This document shows positions 1 through 8,416 of a stretch of DNA of 64,000 nucleotides, one piece after another. Position 1 is the stretch's first letter, and the number at the start of each line of letters is the position of its first letter. Made by a program: the position numbers and the translations under genes. The notes beneath the pieces were generated by a model. The model was not told the origin of the DNA. It made no database searches and saw only the letters and a program-made list of their open reading frames with translations. Origin of the DNA: a virus; the IMG/VR virus record IMGVR_UViG_3300046542_000291, positions 51,641-115,640 of that record; one strand, given 5' to 3'.

Positions 1-1
1 T

Positions 2-163
2 TACCGGGGCTTTGATGGATGGAAGAACTTCTTTGACCGTAACTTCATCCTGGAGATGGACCCTTATGAAAATGGGGGTTCAGCAACCGAACGCAATGCG
101 CGTAAGAAATCAGCTAAGTTGTCAATGTCTCGTCAAATGACTAAAGCTGGTATTACAGCGTAA
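2..163 (+). CDS. 3' end of a gene that starts upstream of the window (partial, 53 codons + stop)
   Basis: Open frame from the window edge to TAA at 161-163. It is followed by AAGAGGAA and the next ATG. Confidence 0.35.
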   Translation, partial: YRGFDGWKNFFDRNFILEMDPYENGGSATERNARKKSAKLSMSRQMTKAGITA

Positions 164-176
164 AGAGGAACAACGC

Positions 177-299
177 ATGGAACCGTACATGACCATCCTA
201 GGGATGGGTTTCACAGAACACGAGCTGACGGTTTGGCTGGCTACCTTTGCAGCGTGCTGTATGGTGGGTATGTTTGCAATGATTGCCTTTAACGACTAG
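177..299 (+). CDS. small hydrophobic protein (40 aa)
   Basis: ATG at 177 preceded by AAGAGGAA; single hydrophobic segment; below the ORF-track size cutoff, found by reading. Confidence 0.35.
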   Translation: MEPYMTILGMGFTEHELTVWLATFAACCMVGMFAMIAFND

Positions 300-308
300 G
301 AAAAGAAT

Positions 309-620
309 ATGTCATGTGAAGATCTTCTGTTTCATGGTAAGCGTACAACTCAAGGCGTAAAGATCCTAGAGTATCCAACCTACACCATCGCTAATCTAAC
401 GGGTAACCGTTGGAACGTTCTGTGTCGTATGTACGGTGACTCGGGTTATCAACCCAGTGAAGCGGCCTGTAAGGAGTGGGTGCGTCGCCACATCAATCAT
501 TACGTACGTTTGGAAGAGCTTACCAAACTGCAAGACAAACTGGACCGGATAGAAAAACACATCAAAGGCCTCGGTTATAACTCCATTGAAGAATTTGCGG
601 TTGAGCACACAGGTGACTAG
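309..620 (+). CDS. hypothetical protein (103 aa)
   Basis: ORF-track ORF; AGGAAAAG RBS 5 nt upstream of ATG. Confidence 0.5.
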   Translation: MSCEDLLFHGKRTTQGVKILEYPTYTIANLTGNRWNVLCRMYGDSGYQPSEAACKEWVRRHINHYVRLEELTKLQDKLDRIEKHIKGLGYNSIEEFAVEHTGD

Positions 621-623
621 ACC

Positions 624-746
624 ATGGAAATAGTAATGACCCTGTTTGGCGCACCCATTACTGGCGAGCAGTTAGTTTTCGGTATAGCTGCTCTTTGTAT
701 AGCCACCGCATTTATCTGCGTGGGTTTAATCGTATCTGGAGATTGA
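624..746 (+). CDS. small membrane protein (40 aa)
   Basis: ATG at 624; hydrophobic 40-aa product; stop overlaps start of next ORF (TGATATG). Confidence 0.35.
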   Translation: MEIVMTLFGAPITGEQLVFGIAALCIATAFICVGLIVSGD

Positions 747-747
747 T

Positions 748-1002
748 ATGGTACAGGCATGTTGCGACAGCGTAGGTAAGTACATCAGTGAAGAAGGTGT
801 CCTGGATACCGAGAAGGTACGGGAACGGTTTGGGCTGGACGCGGTAATCGAAGTACGTGAGGATAAAGAATCTGAACTGGCCAAATGGATATTCACCAGG
901 GAAGCACGCTACCCCTCAGAGACATTTGTGATTGTCGGGGAAGTGGAATCGAAACTCTGTGTTTGCCCATGCCACCGAGTTGGTTTGATGGTGATGCATT
1001 AA
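748..1002 (+). CDS. hypothetical protein (84 aa)
   Basis: ORF-track ORF; tight spacing with neighbours. Confidence 0.45.
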   Translation: MVQACCDSVGKYISEEGVLDTEKVRERFGLDAVIEVREDKESELAKWIFTREARYPSETFVIVGEVESKLCVCPCHRVGLMVMH

Positions 1003-1070
1003 TAGGGAGCCTTAGGGCTCCTTTTATGCCCTATCGTTATGTTATTAAATTTACCGTTTACGAGGCAACT

Positions 1071-1793
1071 ATGATCGAGCAAATGCTGAATCCAGGTGTA
1101 TTGCTCCCCGAGGATACCGGCGACGTGATTTTTCTTTACGACCCCGTTACGAATACGGATCTCATCGGCGGCCCTGCGGTGAGTACGTTATCAGGGGGCG
1201 CAATCGCCGACTCAACTATCCTGATCAATAACCAGCCCACACTTAAGTTCCCAACTACAAACGCAAAGCATGTCATCACGTGGCCAACGGATCTAAACTT
1301 GGCTATCGGCAACTGGACATTAGAATGGTCTTTTATCAATGACAGCACACCGGCGGCGTACGGCAACGATCTTGTAATGTATTCCAGGTCAGGTGGTTCG
1401 GGTGTAGGTGTTTATATGCGCTTCGGCAACACGGGTTTTGGTAATCGTTATTTCATGTCCGATCCGAGGGGTGCGGTTGACCAAACTTTAACACAACCTC
1501 TACCGATTGCTAACTCATCACTGACCGGGGTCACCACTAACATAGCCTTGGTGAGTATTCAAGGTGTTATCCGAATCTACGTCAACGGCGTAGCTCAAAT
1601 GATGGCCCTAGGTGTAAGCACTAATACTTACGACAGACCAAGCATGATAGCTCAGGGAATGGATAAGATTTATTCCATTGGTCTGGGGTGGGCTGTTTCT
1701 GCTGTCCCCGCGGTACCAGGTCACCGCGGACGAATTAGGTTGAGTAACTTCGCCAGATACAGACGGAGCTATACGCCAGGACCGTTGGTGTAG
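1071..1793 (+). CDS. hypothetical beta-rich protein (240 aa), possibly jelly-roll/lectin-like
   Basis: ORF-track 885..1793 trimmed to the internal ATG at 1071 (MIEQML...), which has a GAGG RBS. The Gly/Thr/Asn-rich composition is typical of concanavalin-like folds; the fold call is a weak inference. Confidence 0.5.
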   Translation: MIEQMLNPGVLLPEDTGDVIFLYDPVTNTDLIGGPAVSTLSGGAIADSTILINNQPTLKFPTTNAKHVITWPTDLNLAIGNWTLEWSFINDSTPAAYGNDLVMYSRSGGSGVGVYMRFGNTGFGNRYFMSDPRGAVDQTLTQPLPIANSSLTGVTTNIALVSIQGVIRIYVNGVAQMMALGVSTNTYDRPSMIAQGMDKIYSIGLGWAVSAVPAVPGHRGRIRLSNFARYRRSYTPGPLV

Positions 1794-2063
1794 AATAAAA
1801 ATACTGGTCAGGTAATACTATACAGGAGACTGCACTCAAACCTGTCTCTGTTGGAAGGTGCCTAAACTCAACCTAGGCAACGGGCTGCACAGCCAATAGA
1901 GTAGAAGCCCTACGACCACGTCAAGCTGTCTATAGTGAAGCCGTGATCAGGGAAGCCCACCGCCGTACCCTTAGTATATCGAATCCGGGATAGACCCTGG
2001 TGAAGACCCAATAATCACCCGAAGGGCAAAGAAGGTGGACGGTACTACAGCGTATCTGTAGTA

Positions 2064-2137
2064 GCTCTGATCGTCTAACGGTAAGACAGTTGCCGCCCAG
2101 GCAACGTACATGGGTTCGACTCCCGAGATGAGCACCA
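2064..2137 (+). tRNA. tRNA-like element (74 nt), possible pseudo-tRNA: anticodon-loop triplet CCC with G at position 33, acceptor stem only 4/7 paired
   Basis: D-stem GTCT/AGAC, anticodon stem GTTGC/GCAAC with 7-nt loop CGCCCAG, T-arm ATGGG-TTCGACT-CCCGA and 3' ACCA are all in canonical register. The 5' GCTCTGA does not pair with the 3' GATGAGC beyond 4 bp. Confidence 0.35.
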
Positions 2138-2344
2138 TTTATAGATTCAATTGCCCCCGGAGGCATTTGCGTCGAATTTGAAAGATATAGTGGGTATCAC
2201 TGGCCTGACCGTGGTTGGTCCTAATGCTGGTTTCCCTCTTAATGAGAGGTAGGTATCTCTTTCAAATACAGTCGCTCTTCTTACCCAAGATCGGCAACCT
2301 ACGAGAATTAAGTGCACTGCTTATAAAGAGTGCCAGAGTTTGTG

Positions 2345-2430
2345 AGCGGGGTCGTCTAGCGGCCTAGGACACCGGTGGCCACCATAGCACCAAGCCGGAA
2401 ACACAGGTTCGATTCCTGTCCCCAATCCCA
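2345..2430 (+). tRNA. tRNA-like element (86 nt): tRNA-Glu-like D-arm and canonical T-arm, but no foldable anticodon arm and 2 acceptor mismatches
   Basis: T-arm ACAGG-TTCGATT-CCTGT followed by CCCCAAT-C-CCA; D-arm GTCT-AGCGGCCTA-GGAC resembles tRNA-Glu. A 31-nt middle segment containing the palindrome GGTGGCCACC cannot form a standard anticodon arm. Confidence 0.25.
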
Positions 2431-2437
2431 AAGTTTA

Positions 2438-2513
2438 GGATCAGTAGCTCAATTGGCAGAGCAACCGATTCCAAATCGGTAGGTTCCAAGTTCGACTCCT
2501 GGCTGGTCCGCCA
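2438..2513 (+). tRNA. trnW: tRNA-Trp (anticodon CCA), 76 nt with encoded CCA
   Basis: Hand-folded: acceptor GGATCAG/CTGGTCC (one G-U), D-arm GCTC-AATTGGCA-GAGC, anticodon arm ACCGA-TTCCAAA-TCGGT, variable AGGTT, T-arm CCAAG-TTCGACT-CCTGG, discriminator G, CCA. Confidence 0.85.
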
Positions 2514-2670
2514 GTTTTAAGAATCTGCTGCAGCAGATAGTGTGAGACATTCGGTCTGCGATAGTGCCAGCGCCTCGTAAGCGTGAGAAGACCCTAGGCC
2601 TCAGGATGAGGGAAAAGACCCGTAGCCGACGGAGAGCATCACACTAACACCATCCCCATTGGAGTATCCC

Positions 2671-2856
2671 ATGACGTCAGTAGTTACCATCAAAGCACAC
2701 CCGGTTGAAGGCAAGCAGGTCCAAGTGACCGTGAGTGACCCAACCATGAACCAGGAAGTCCTGGAACAGTTCTATCTGCAGAACGGTGAAAGCGCAGAAC
2801 GCGTTGTCTACGAAGACCGTGTGGTATCCGTTCGTGAAGTTTCCAAACCTGCGTAA
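2671..2856 (+). CDS. hypothetical protein (61 aa)
   Basis: ORF-track 2659..2856; first ATG is the 5th codon, preceded by GGAG. Confidence 0.45.
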   Translation: MTSVVTIKAHPVEGKQVQVTVSDPTMNQEVLEQFYLQNGESAERVVYEDRVVSVREVSKPA

Positions 2857-2877
2857 TGCACGCACCAGAGAGTAAAG

Positions 2878-3552
2878 ATGTTCGTCGATATCAGTGCCTA
2901 TTTGATCGCCACTCCTCTTCCAGTCTCCGATGAAAATCCGGTAGCGCTGGAACTCCTCGGCTCGGAAGCCTTGGTAAACTGCAAGGACGTGATCTGTCAA
3001 CTGGAAGACGGCTCCATACAACTCTCCGCTCCCACGTTGGGGGCATCTAGCAAAAGTACACACCGCACTCGGTGTGAATGGAAAGAGCCAGCTTACTGGG
3101 CTCTCGCTAGTGCCGCACATCACTGGTCTCGCCAAGAGATGGCTGTTACTCAGGTCAACTCAGCTCAGAAAGTAGTGATTGCACAAACACATGTGAAAGG
3201 CGCCACTACTCCGCCCCTGAAAGTCTTCTGGAATAAAGGGAAGATTACAGCTGGATTCCGTTCGAGTTTCGTTGATCCCACGATCAACAACTTTACCCTA
3301 CTCGAAGACGTGCCTCTCGGCATACTCTTCAAAGTAAGCCTGCATGTAACAGCGGCGGGTTCTGTTTCCGTCAATGTCCTTTGCGAAGGGCGTAAATCGG
3401 TGTGTCCGGTGTTGAAATTGGACAGCTCGTGGAAAGACCAGACCTTCCAGTTCCATGGGGGTGTTTACAACCAGATCGATTACAGCGATACGACACCGCC
3501 AGAAGATGGTTCTATCTGCATAATCACCGAGTTGTCAACAACGCATTACTAA
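2878..3552 (+). CDS. hypothetical protein (224 aa)
   Basis: ORF-track ORF; GAGAGTAAAG RBS region before ATG. Confidence 0.55.
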   Translation: MFVDISAYLIATPLPVSDENPVALELLGSEALVNCKDVICQLEDGSIQLSAPTLGASSKSTHRTRCEWKEPAYWALASAAHHWSRQEMAVTQVNSAQKVVIAQTHVKGATTPPLKVFWNKGKITAGFRSSFVDPTINNFTLLEDVPLGILFKVSLHVTAAGSVSVNVLCEGRKSVCPVLKLDSSWKDQTFQFHGGVYNQIDYSDTTPPEDGSICIITELSTTHY

Positions 3553-3606
3553 ACGTGATCGGAACCTTCGGGTTCCGTTTATGCCCACCAACAAAGAGTA
3601 ACTAAA

Positions 3607-4185
3607 ATGAAAGAGCCTAAGACGTTCGAGCTAATCGATCATTACGTGAACGGCATGAAAGAATATATCGCCACCAATCGCGAATACTGGCGAAGATCGA
3701 CCGGTGATGATCAAGCAACCTTCCTGAAAGACTTCGCTACCATCGGCGTAACGGTTCCTCGACAATCCGGAGCAACCTTCTGGGTACATACTCGTGCCAT
3801 TGCCGATAAGGACTCAATGGTTATTGTCTTCGGGCAACGCGATAAAGACGCGGCTTACAATAACTTTACCCACGCGGGGGAATACATTCCAATCCACTGC
3901 GGTAGGGAAGTTACAGCGGAAGAATGGCTACGTCGTAATGAGCAACGTGGACTTGGGGCTAAGTTCCTAGGTCGCTTCTTCACCACCGATGACGTGTTCC
4001 AGGAAATGAATAGTTGGTCCGAAGGGTTACAGGGGCACTCTCCATGGATTCGCGGACTGGGTATTAACAAAACGATTTACCTCATGGGGGCAGGTGCTAT
4101 CATGAGTAAGGTGAAACGTAACAAGCTGTATAACTGGCTTGCTAACTTCACTGACCCCGACAGCGTTATCATCACGGTGAACTAA
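3607..4185 (+). CDS. hypothetical protein (192 aa)
   Basis: ORF-track ORF; stop abuts start of next ORF (TAAATG). Confidence 0.55.
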   Translation: MKEPKTFELIDHYVNGMKEYIATNREYWRRSTGDDQATFLKDFATIGVTVPRQSGATFWVHTRAIADKDSMVIVFGQRDKDAAYNNFTHAGEYIPIHCGREVTAEEWLRRNEQRGLGAKFLGRFFTTDDVFQEMNSWSEGLQGHSPWIRGLGINKTIYLMGAGAIMSKVKRNKLYNWLANFTDPDSVIITVN

Positions 4186-4371
4186 ATGAGAGTCAAAGCT
4201 ACAATCGAAGCCGTTGCAAAGAACATCGAATTTCACAAGATCGATCTGGACAAAGACAACCGCATGGTGCGCCTGGGCGTAGGTCGACATGACGGTAAGT
4301 GGTTTGTTCGTGCCGACCTCTGGTTTGCGGGCTTCCGTCTCAACCAACGCGACTATACGTTGTTCGCGTAA
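4186..4371 (+). CDS. hypothetical protein (61 aa)
   Basis: ORF-track ORF directly coupled to the upstream gene; followed by a terminator hairpin. Confidence 0.45.
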   Translation: MRVKATIEAVAKNIEFHKIDLDKDNRMVRLGVGRHDGKWFVRADLWFAGFRLNQRDYTLFA

Positions 4372-4397
4372 CTGGTTGATTTTTCTGTAATAGTATG

Positions 4398-4438
4398 TAG
4401 GTAGTGCCCGAGCCTGGACACTACCTACAGCGTTTTAT
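4398..4438 (+). terminator. intrinsic terminator: 10-bp stem GTAGGTAGTG/CACTACCTAC, then AGCGTTTTAT
   Basis: Perfect inverted repeat with 12-nt loop followed by a T-run, 27 nt after the stop of 4186..4371. Confidence 0.6.
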
Positions 4439-4515
4439 GTCGCTTTGAATAATAAACAAATACTGACAACCACCCCGTATGTGGATGACCCACGCAAAAA
4501 GAAAGGACCTTTATC

Positions 4516-6372
4516 ATGCAACTCACACCAGAAATTTTGGCTGTCATCGATACAGCCCCAGAAGAGCGTAAAGAAAGTCTCACCGAACTCATCAAAAACA
4601 CCATCGCAAGCAACCTGGATAAGGATGCTTTGGCTATTGCGCAACACCTTGTGGCCTTTGGCCACTTCCACGACATGACCCGTTCGATCGTACACCCCGA
4701 TGAATTGTGGGATGCGGTCTCTGCGGTCGAGGAAGAGTTGCCTGAATACTGGCAGAGCACATCGGACGCCATCCAGGTCTGCCGCGGTGGCAACCAGATC
4801 ATCACCGAGAAGCTCGGTATCTGGCAAGCAGCCATGGATAAATACCAATCCACTAAAGAAGGTACCATCGATCCAAAGGTCATCTCCCCACTACCAGAAG
4901 AAGCTCCTGGAGACGCTCTCCTGGCTGAGTGCGACGTAACCCCTACCGTTGAGGTGGATAAACATCCAGACCTCTTCCAAACGCCTATCAGCGACGTACA
5001 CAGCTTCATGAAGCTTCTGGACGAAACGTTGAACCGGTATTTCGGCATTGACAACCTCCCAGTTGGCATGATCAGCGATGAACTCGCTCGCCTGGTCCAC
5101 AACAAGCTCTACGAACACTTCCTGGATCGCTACTGGGTAGAAGGCCATAACTACGCTTGGCCAAAGCGTGACCACGTTGAGCTCCGTCCTCGGAAGGTCG
5201 TTCGTATCTTCCTCGATGAGCATGATCCAGCGCCAGATCAAACACTGGCGTTCATCAAGAAAGAACTGGCCAAGTTGGATAAGGTCACCATCCTCGATTT
5301 ACTGAGTAATGGCACCGTCATCGAATGTGACGTCGACCAACCAATCAATGATGCAATCGATTCGGTTGAGTGTGAAGCCACTGCGCTGCCACACGACCCA
5401 CATTCCGATGAAGACACAGCGAAGATGTTGGAAAGTCTGGAGGACCCGTCCAAGTTGTACATGATGAAAGTCGATGGCGAACCCACCATCCTTTACATGG
5501 ATGGCGATGAAGCGGAACTGGCCAAAGAAGTATCGGCCGGTTTGCATAAGGACATCGAACTGCTGGCTGCCGAAGGCGCTGATGCATTGATGTTTGAACA
5601 CGGCCTGATCAGTAACATCCCGGATGGCTTCCCGAACGCCGAGAAATGGCGGACACTCATTCGTGAGAACTGCAGCCGCGCTTTCCGGAAGATCCTTCTG
5701 GAAAACGGTGAGCATGAAGAACTGGCTAAGCTGGATGCAGAAGCTGGCGAGAAAGTAGTTGGTCATATCGCTGGTGCCGAGATCCTCGCTCCAGAGAAAC
5801 CAAGCGAACAAATCGCTCAAGCTTCCATCGTCCCGAATGAACCGCAGGTAGATCCACTGACCTCGTTGGTGGAACCAAAGTTCTATCGTCCACTCAGCCT
5901 GTACGACATTGATCAATTCGATATCCCGGAAGGGAAAACCGAGTTGTTCGAATCGACCTGGAACATGATTCGTCAACCCGACATGCAAGTTTGGCTGGCT
6001 GGTCGTTACGATGTTCCTGATCTGCCATGCACTCCAGCTGACCTGGTTACCGTACAACGCTTCCTGACTCCTGTTCAGGAACACCCACAGCAGGAAGTCA
6101 TGTTCCGTCGTGTGCTGGAAAAGATCGGTGAAGAAGAACCGGAAATCAAGGAATGGTTGGAAAAGCGTGACGCTGCCCAAACTTCCCTGGAGTTCGATCT
6201 GACCGTCACTCCCGAAGGCCGTGCCCGTCAAAAGGTGATTGTACCGGCTGGTGTATCTGACCCACAGACACTGCTGCGTGAGATGGGGGACTTCCTCCAC
6301 ACTGACGAAGGTGTGTTCATGAGTCGTGATGCTGTCGAAGCCAAGTTCGGCGTGAAGATCATCGACGTTTAA
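4516..6372 (+). CDS. large acidic hypothetical protein (618 aa)
   Basis: Long ORF with AAGAAAGGA RBS; Asp/Glu-rich; no motif recognised; terminated by the bidirectional hairpin. Confidence 0.7.
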   Translation: MQLTPEILAVIDTAPEERKESLTELIKNTIASNLDKDALAIAQHLVAFGHFHDMTRSIVHPDELWDAVSAVEEELPEYWQSTSDAIQVCRGGNQIITEKLGIWQAAMDKYQSTKEGTIDPKVISPLPEEAPGDALLAECDVTPTVEVDKHPDLFQTPISDVHSFMKLLDETLNRYFGIDNLPVGMISDELARLVHNKLYEHFLDRYWVEGHNYAWPKRDHVELRPRKVVRIFLDEHDPAPDQTLAFIKKELAKLDKVTILDLLSNGTVIECDVDQPINDAIDSVECEATALPHDPHSDEDTAKMLESLEDPSKLYMMKVDGEPTILYMDGDEAELAKEVSAGLHKDIELLAAEGADALMFEHGLISNIPDGFPNAEKWRTLIRENCSRAFRKILLENGEHEELAKLDAEAGEKVVGHIAGAEILAPEKPSEQIAQASIVPNEPQVDPLTSLVEPKFYRPLSLYDIDQFDIPEGKTELFESTWNMIRQPDMQVWLAGRYDVPDLPCTPADLVTVQRFLTPVQEHPQQEVMFRRVLEKIGEEEPEIKEWLEKRDAAQTSLEFDLTVTPEGRARQKVIVPAGVSDPQTLLREMGDFLHTDEGVFMSRDAVEAKFGVKIIDV

Positions 6373-6373
6373 G

Positions 6374-6424
6374 CAAAAAAAAAATACGGCATAAGGCCAG
6401 CCCCGTTAAGGGCTGGCTTTTATG
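6374..6424. terminator. bidirectional intrinsic terminator at the strand switch (A10 - GGCCAGCCC-GTTAA-GGGCTGGC - TTTTAT)
   Basis: 8-9 bp GC stem flanked by an A-tract upstream and a T-tract downstream, so it can terminate both convergent transcripts (4516..6372 + and 6429..6665 -). Confidence 0.7.
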
Positions 6425-6428
6425 TCGT

Positions 6429-6665
6429 CTAACGGTACAGGAGAGCAAAGGTACCGTAGAGAGCCATTACCGTCACACCATGCAGAGCATAGGTTTCACT
6501 AGTGGACCAATACAGCAGACGAGCCTGAACGTGAGCGATACGTTCCTGGAACTTAGCCTTCTTGGATTGCTTGGTCCAGTAGTATTGCATCAGGAGACAG
6601 AAGACTGCCACTACGATCAATGCACCGCTGAACCACCAGAACGATTCGTGGATGTTCGCCCTCAT
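6429..6665 (-). CDS. small membrane protein (78 aa)
   Basis: ORF-track ORF; two hydrophobic segments; last gene of the minus-strand block. Confidence 0.5.
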   Translation of the reverse strand: MRANIHESFWWFSGALIVVAVFCLLMQYYWTKQSKKAKFQERIAHVQARLLYWSTSETYALHGVTVMALYGTFALLYR

Positions 6666-7429
6666 TCAATCACTTCCCATACATCGTAGGAGAGGTCAGT
6701 CTCCAGGTTAAAGGTATCCGCCGTCAGGCAGGCGGTGTAACCAACATAGTCGCTCGGCGATTCCGGGTTCAGGACCAGAGCGTACGCATTGTCGCTAGGG
6801 AACATCGTACGGAGGTTGCGAGCGATGGCGATGCCTGTGGTAGGCAAGACTGCGATCATGTCTTTGAAGTCCACCTGAGCGCGTTCCACGAGGTAAGCAC
6901 GCAGATGATCGACAACCATTTCGATCAGTGGGTCACCAAGCATGAGCGACACACCCACACCTTGGTTATCCATGACGTGGAAAGGACCTTGACCATCGGC
7001 CAGTGTCACACGTCCCTTGTCGACCGAATCAACAGCCACCACCGCAGTTGTACCAGTTGCATACGTGATCTGCACCTGGAAGCCAATGCCGAACATTTGC
7101 GATGCCAACATCAGGCGATCGATAGGATGCTCGACTTCCGCCAGCGTCTTGCCGTAGGCCGACTTGGTGGACAGGAAGTTAGCCATCTTGTTGTACTCGT
7201 CGCGATCGGCGTCACTCAGACACCAGACGTTGATGTTGTGCATGCCAGTACCGATGTTCACATCGACTTTGGCTTCAACCTGACCGTTGTCCGTATAGAC
7301 TTGGGCCATGTCGTTGTTGGCGCTCACCAGTCGACCAATCTGGGTAGTACCCATGACGTTGGTCTTGTGGACAAAGATGGTACGTTCGGATTGCCGACGT
7401 GCATCGATGAAGAGTTTAAGCTTGGACAT
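6662..7429 (-). CDS. hypothetical protein (255 aa)
   Basis: ORF-track ORF; AGGAGC RBS before ATG; overlaps downstream gene by 4 nt. Confidence 0.6.
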   Translation of the reverse strand: MSKLKLFIDARRQSERTIFVHKTNVMGTTQIGRLVSANNDMAQVYTDNGQVEAKVDVNIGTGMHNINVWCLSDADRDEYNKMANFLSTKSAYGKTLAEVEHPIDRLMLASQMFGIGFQVQITYATGTTAVVAVDSVDKGRVTLADGQGPFHVMDNQGVGVSLMLGDPLIEMVVDHLRAYLVERAQVDFKDMIAVLPTTGIAIARNLRTMFPSDNAYALVLNPESPSDYVGYTACLTADTFNLETDLSYDVWEVIE

Positions 7430-7442
7430 TTGAAGCTCCTGG

Positions 7443-7619
7443 TTAGAAAGCGGGTTCGACGATGTACATTTCCCATTCCTTCACGGCTTGACCAACGATC
7501 AAGTCGACGTTCGGATACTGCTCTTCGATATCAGAACCGCGGGCAGTGATTTGACGCTGTTCATCGCCAGACAGGTTCTTGACAGTGAGGGTGTACATTT
7601 GGTTTGGTTGCAGGGACAT
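7443..7619 (-). CDS. small hypothetical protein (58 aa)
   Basis: Read manually (below track cutoff): AAGGAA RBS 7 nt before ATG at 7619; fills an otherwise empty 190-nt gap. Confidence 0.4.
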   Translation of the reverse strand: MSLQPNQMYTLTVKNLSGDEQRQITARGSDIEEQYPNVDLIVGQAVKEWEMYIVEPAF

Positions 7620-7630
7620 GGAACGGTTCC

Positions 7631-7912
7631 TTATTTAAAGTGGTTGTAAATATCCAGGCCGGCTTCGATACCGGCAAGGAATAAGCAGAGGGTCGCAGAT
7701 TGAAGCAGGAGACGATCTATGTTCGCCACCCAGGGTTTGCGTAGCCATTGGATCATAAGCAGCTCACCGAGCGCACGGCGCTTCTCAGGGGTATCTATAG
7801 GCTCACCAGCCCACGTTATACGGTGGACAACGTACCAACGCATTACTTTACGCCAGATCATCCAGATGAGTGCGATGACAATGAACGGCTTGATGAAGTA
7901 AGCTTGCTCCAT
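7631..7912 (-). CDS. membrane protein (93 aa)
   Basis: ORF-track ORF; hydrophobic N- and C-terminal segments. Confidence 0.5.
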   Translation of the reverse strand: MEQAYFIKPFIVIALIWMIWRKVMRWYVVHRITWAGEPIDTPEKRRALGELLMIQWLRKPWVANIDRLLLQSATLCLFLAGIEAGLDIYNHFK

Positions 7913-7916
7913 GGAG

Positions 7917-8225
7917 TTAACCTTGAACGTAGGGGTAAATAAGAAAAATCAGGCAAAGACCACTCAGGATGATCAAGGTGTTCAGCGCAAAGCGCGTCGC
8001 GTCATACCAGATCTTGGCTTCGATATAATCAACATGAGCATTGACCATATCCACCAACCACGTTCGGGTATAGCCTTTGTCCTTGTCTTCTTTCAAGCCC
8101 TTCATGAAAGGTCCCCAAAGACGGTATTGTCGAACACAGCAGTAAATCCAAGTGCCCATAGGCAGAGCGATTCTGAGAATCAACCCCACAACGAACAGTA
8201 CTACGTAAACTGCAATGGGTGTCAT
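7917..8225 (-). CDS. membrane protein (102 aa)
   Basis: ORF-track ORF; two or three predicted TM helices. Confidence 0.5.
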   Translation of the reverse strand: MTPIAVYVVLFVVGLILRIALPMGTWIYCCVRQYRLWGPFMKGLKEDKDKGYTRTWLVDMVNAHVDYIEAKIWYDATRFALNTLIILSGLCLIFLIYPYVQG

Positions 8226-8416
8226 GGTGTTCCCCTAGTTACTTGAATAGTAGTTGAAAAAGTACAAACGTAACACAGATAGTCAGTAGTACCCACAAGC
8301 CAATTCGTTGCAGCTTGTCTTTACGCATCTCCCATTGGCGACGCTTAAGTCGCTCTAACAAAACGTTGGTCACAATGTATCTCCAGTTAGTGATACAGGC
8401 TTGAGATTTTTTTGGA

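Noticed and set aside
885-1793. Long N-terminal extension of the 302-aa plus-strand ORF
   Set aside because: The extension overlaps the 748..1002 ORF in another frame and has no RBS; the start was reassigned to the ATG at 1071 with GAGG.
1975-1995. TCGAATCC motif resembling a T-loop
   Set aside because: Lacks the G53-T54-T55-C56 register and has no flanking stems; not a tRNA.
2523-2538. Palindrome ATCTGCTGCAGCAGAT right after tRNA-Trp, considered as a terminator
   Set aside because: No U-tract follows on the plus strand; more likely a processing hairpin or restriction-site-like palindrome. Left unannotated.
4440-4515. Sigma70-type promoter upstream of the 618-aa gene (TTGAAT ... TGACAA)
   Set aside because: No -10 element at acceptable spacing could be found; not called.
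5299-6300. 333-aa minus-strand ORF, among the other antisense ORFs in the track
   Set aside because: It lies wholly inside, and antisense to, the 618-aa plus-strand gene; an antisense artefact. The same applies to 14541..15629 +, 31620..32537 +, 56603..57976 + and similar antisense ORFs.
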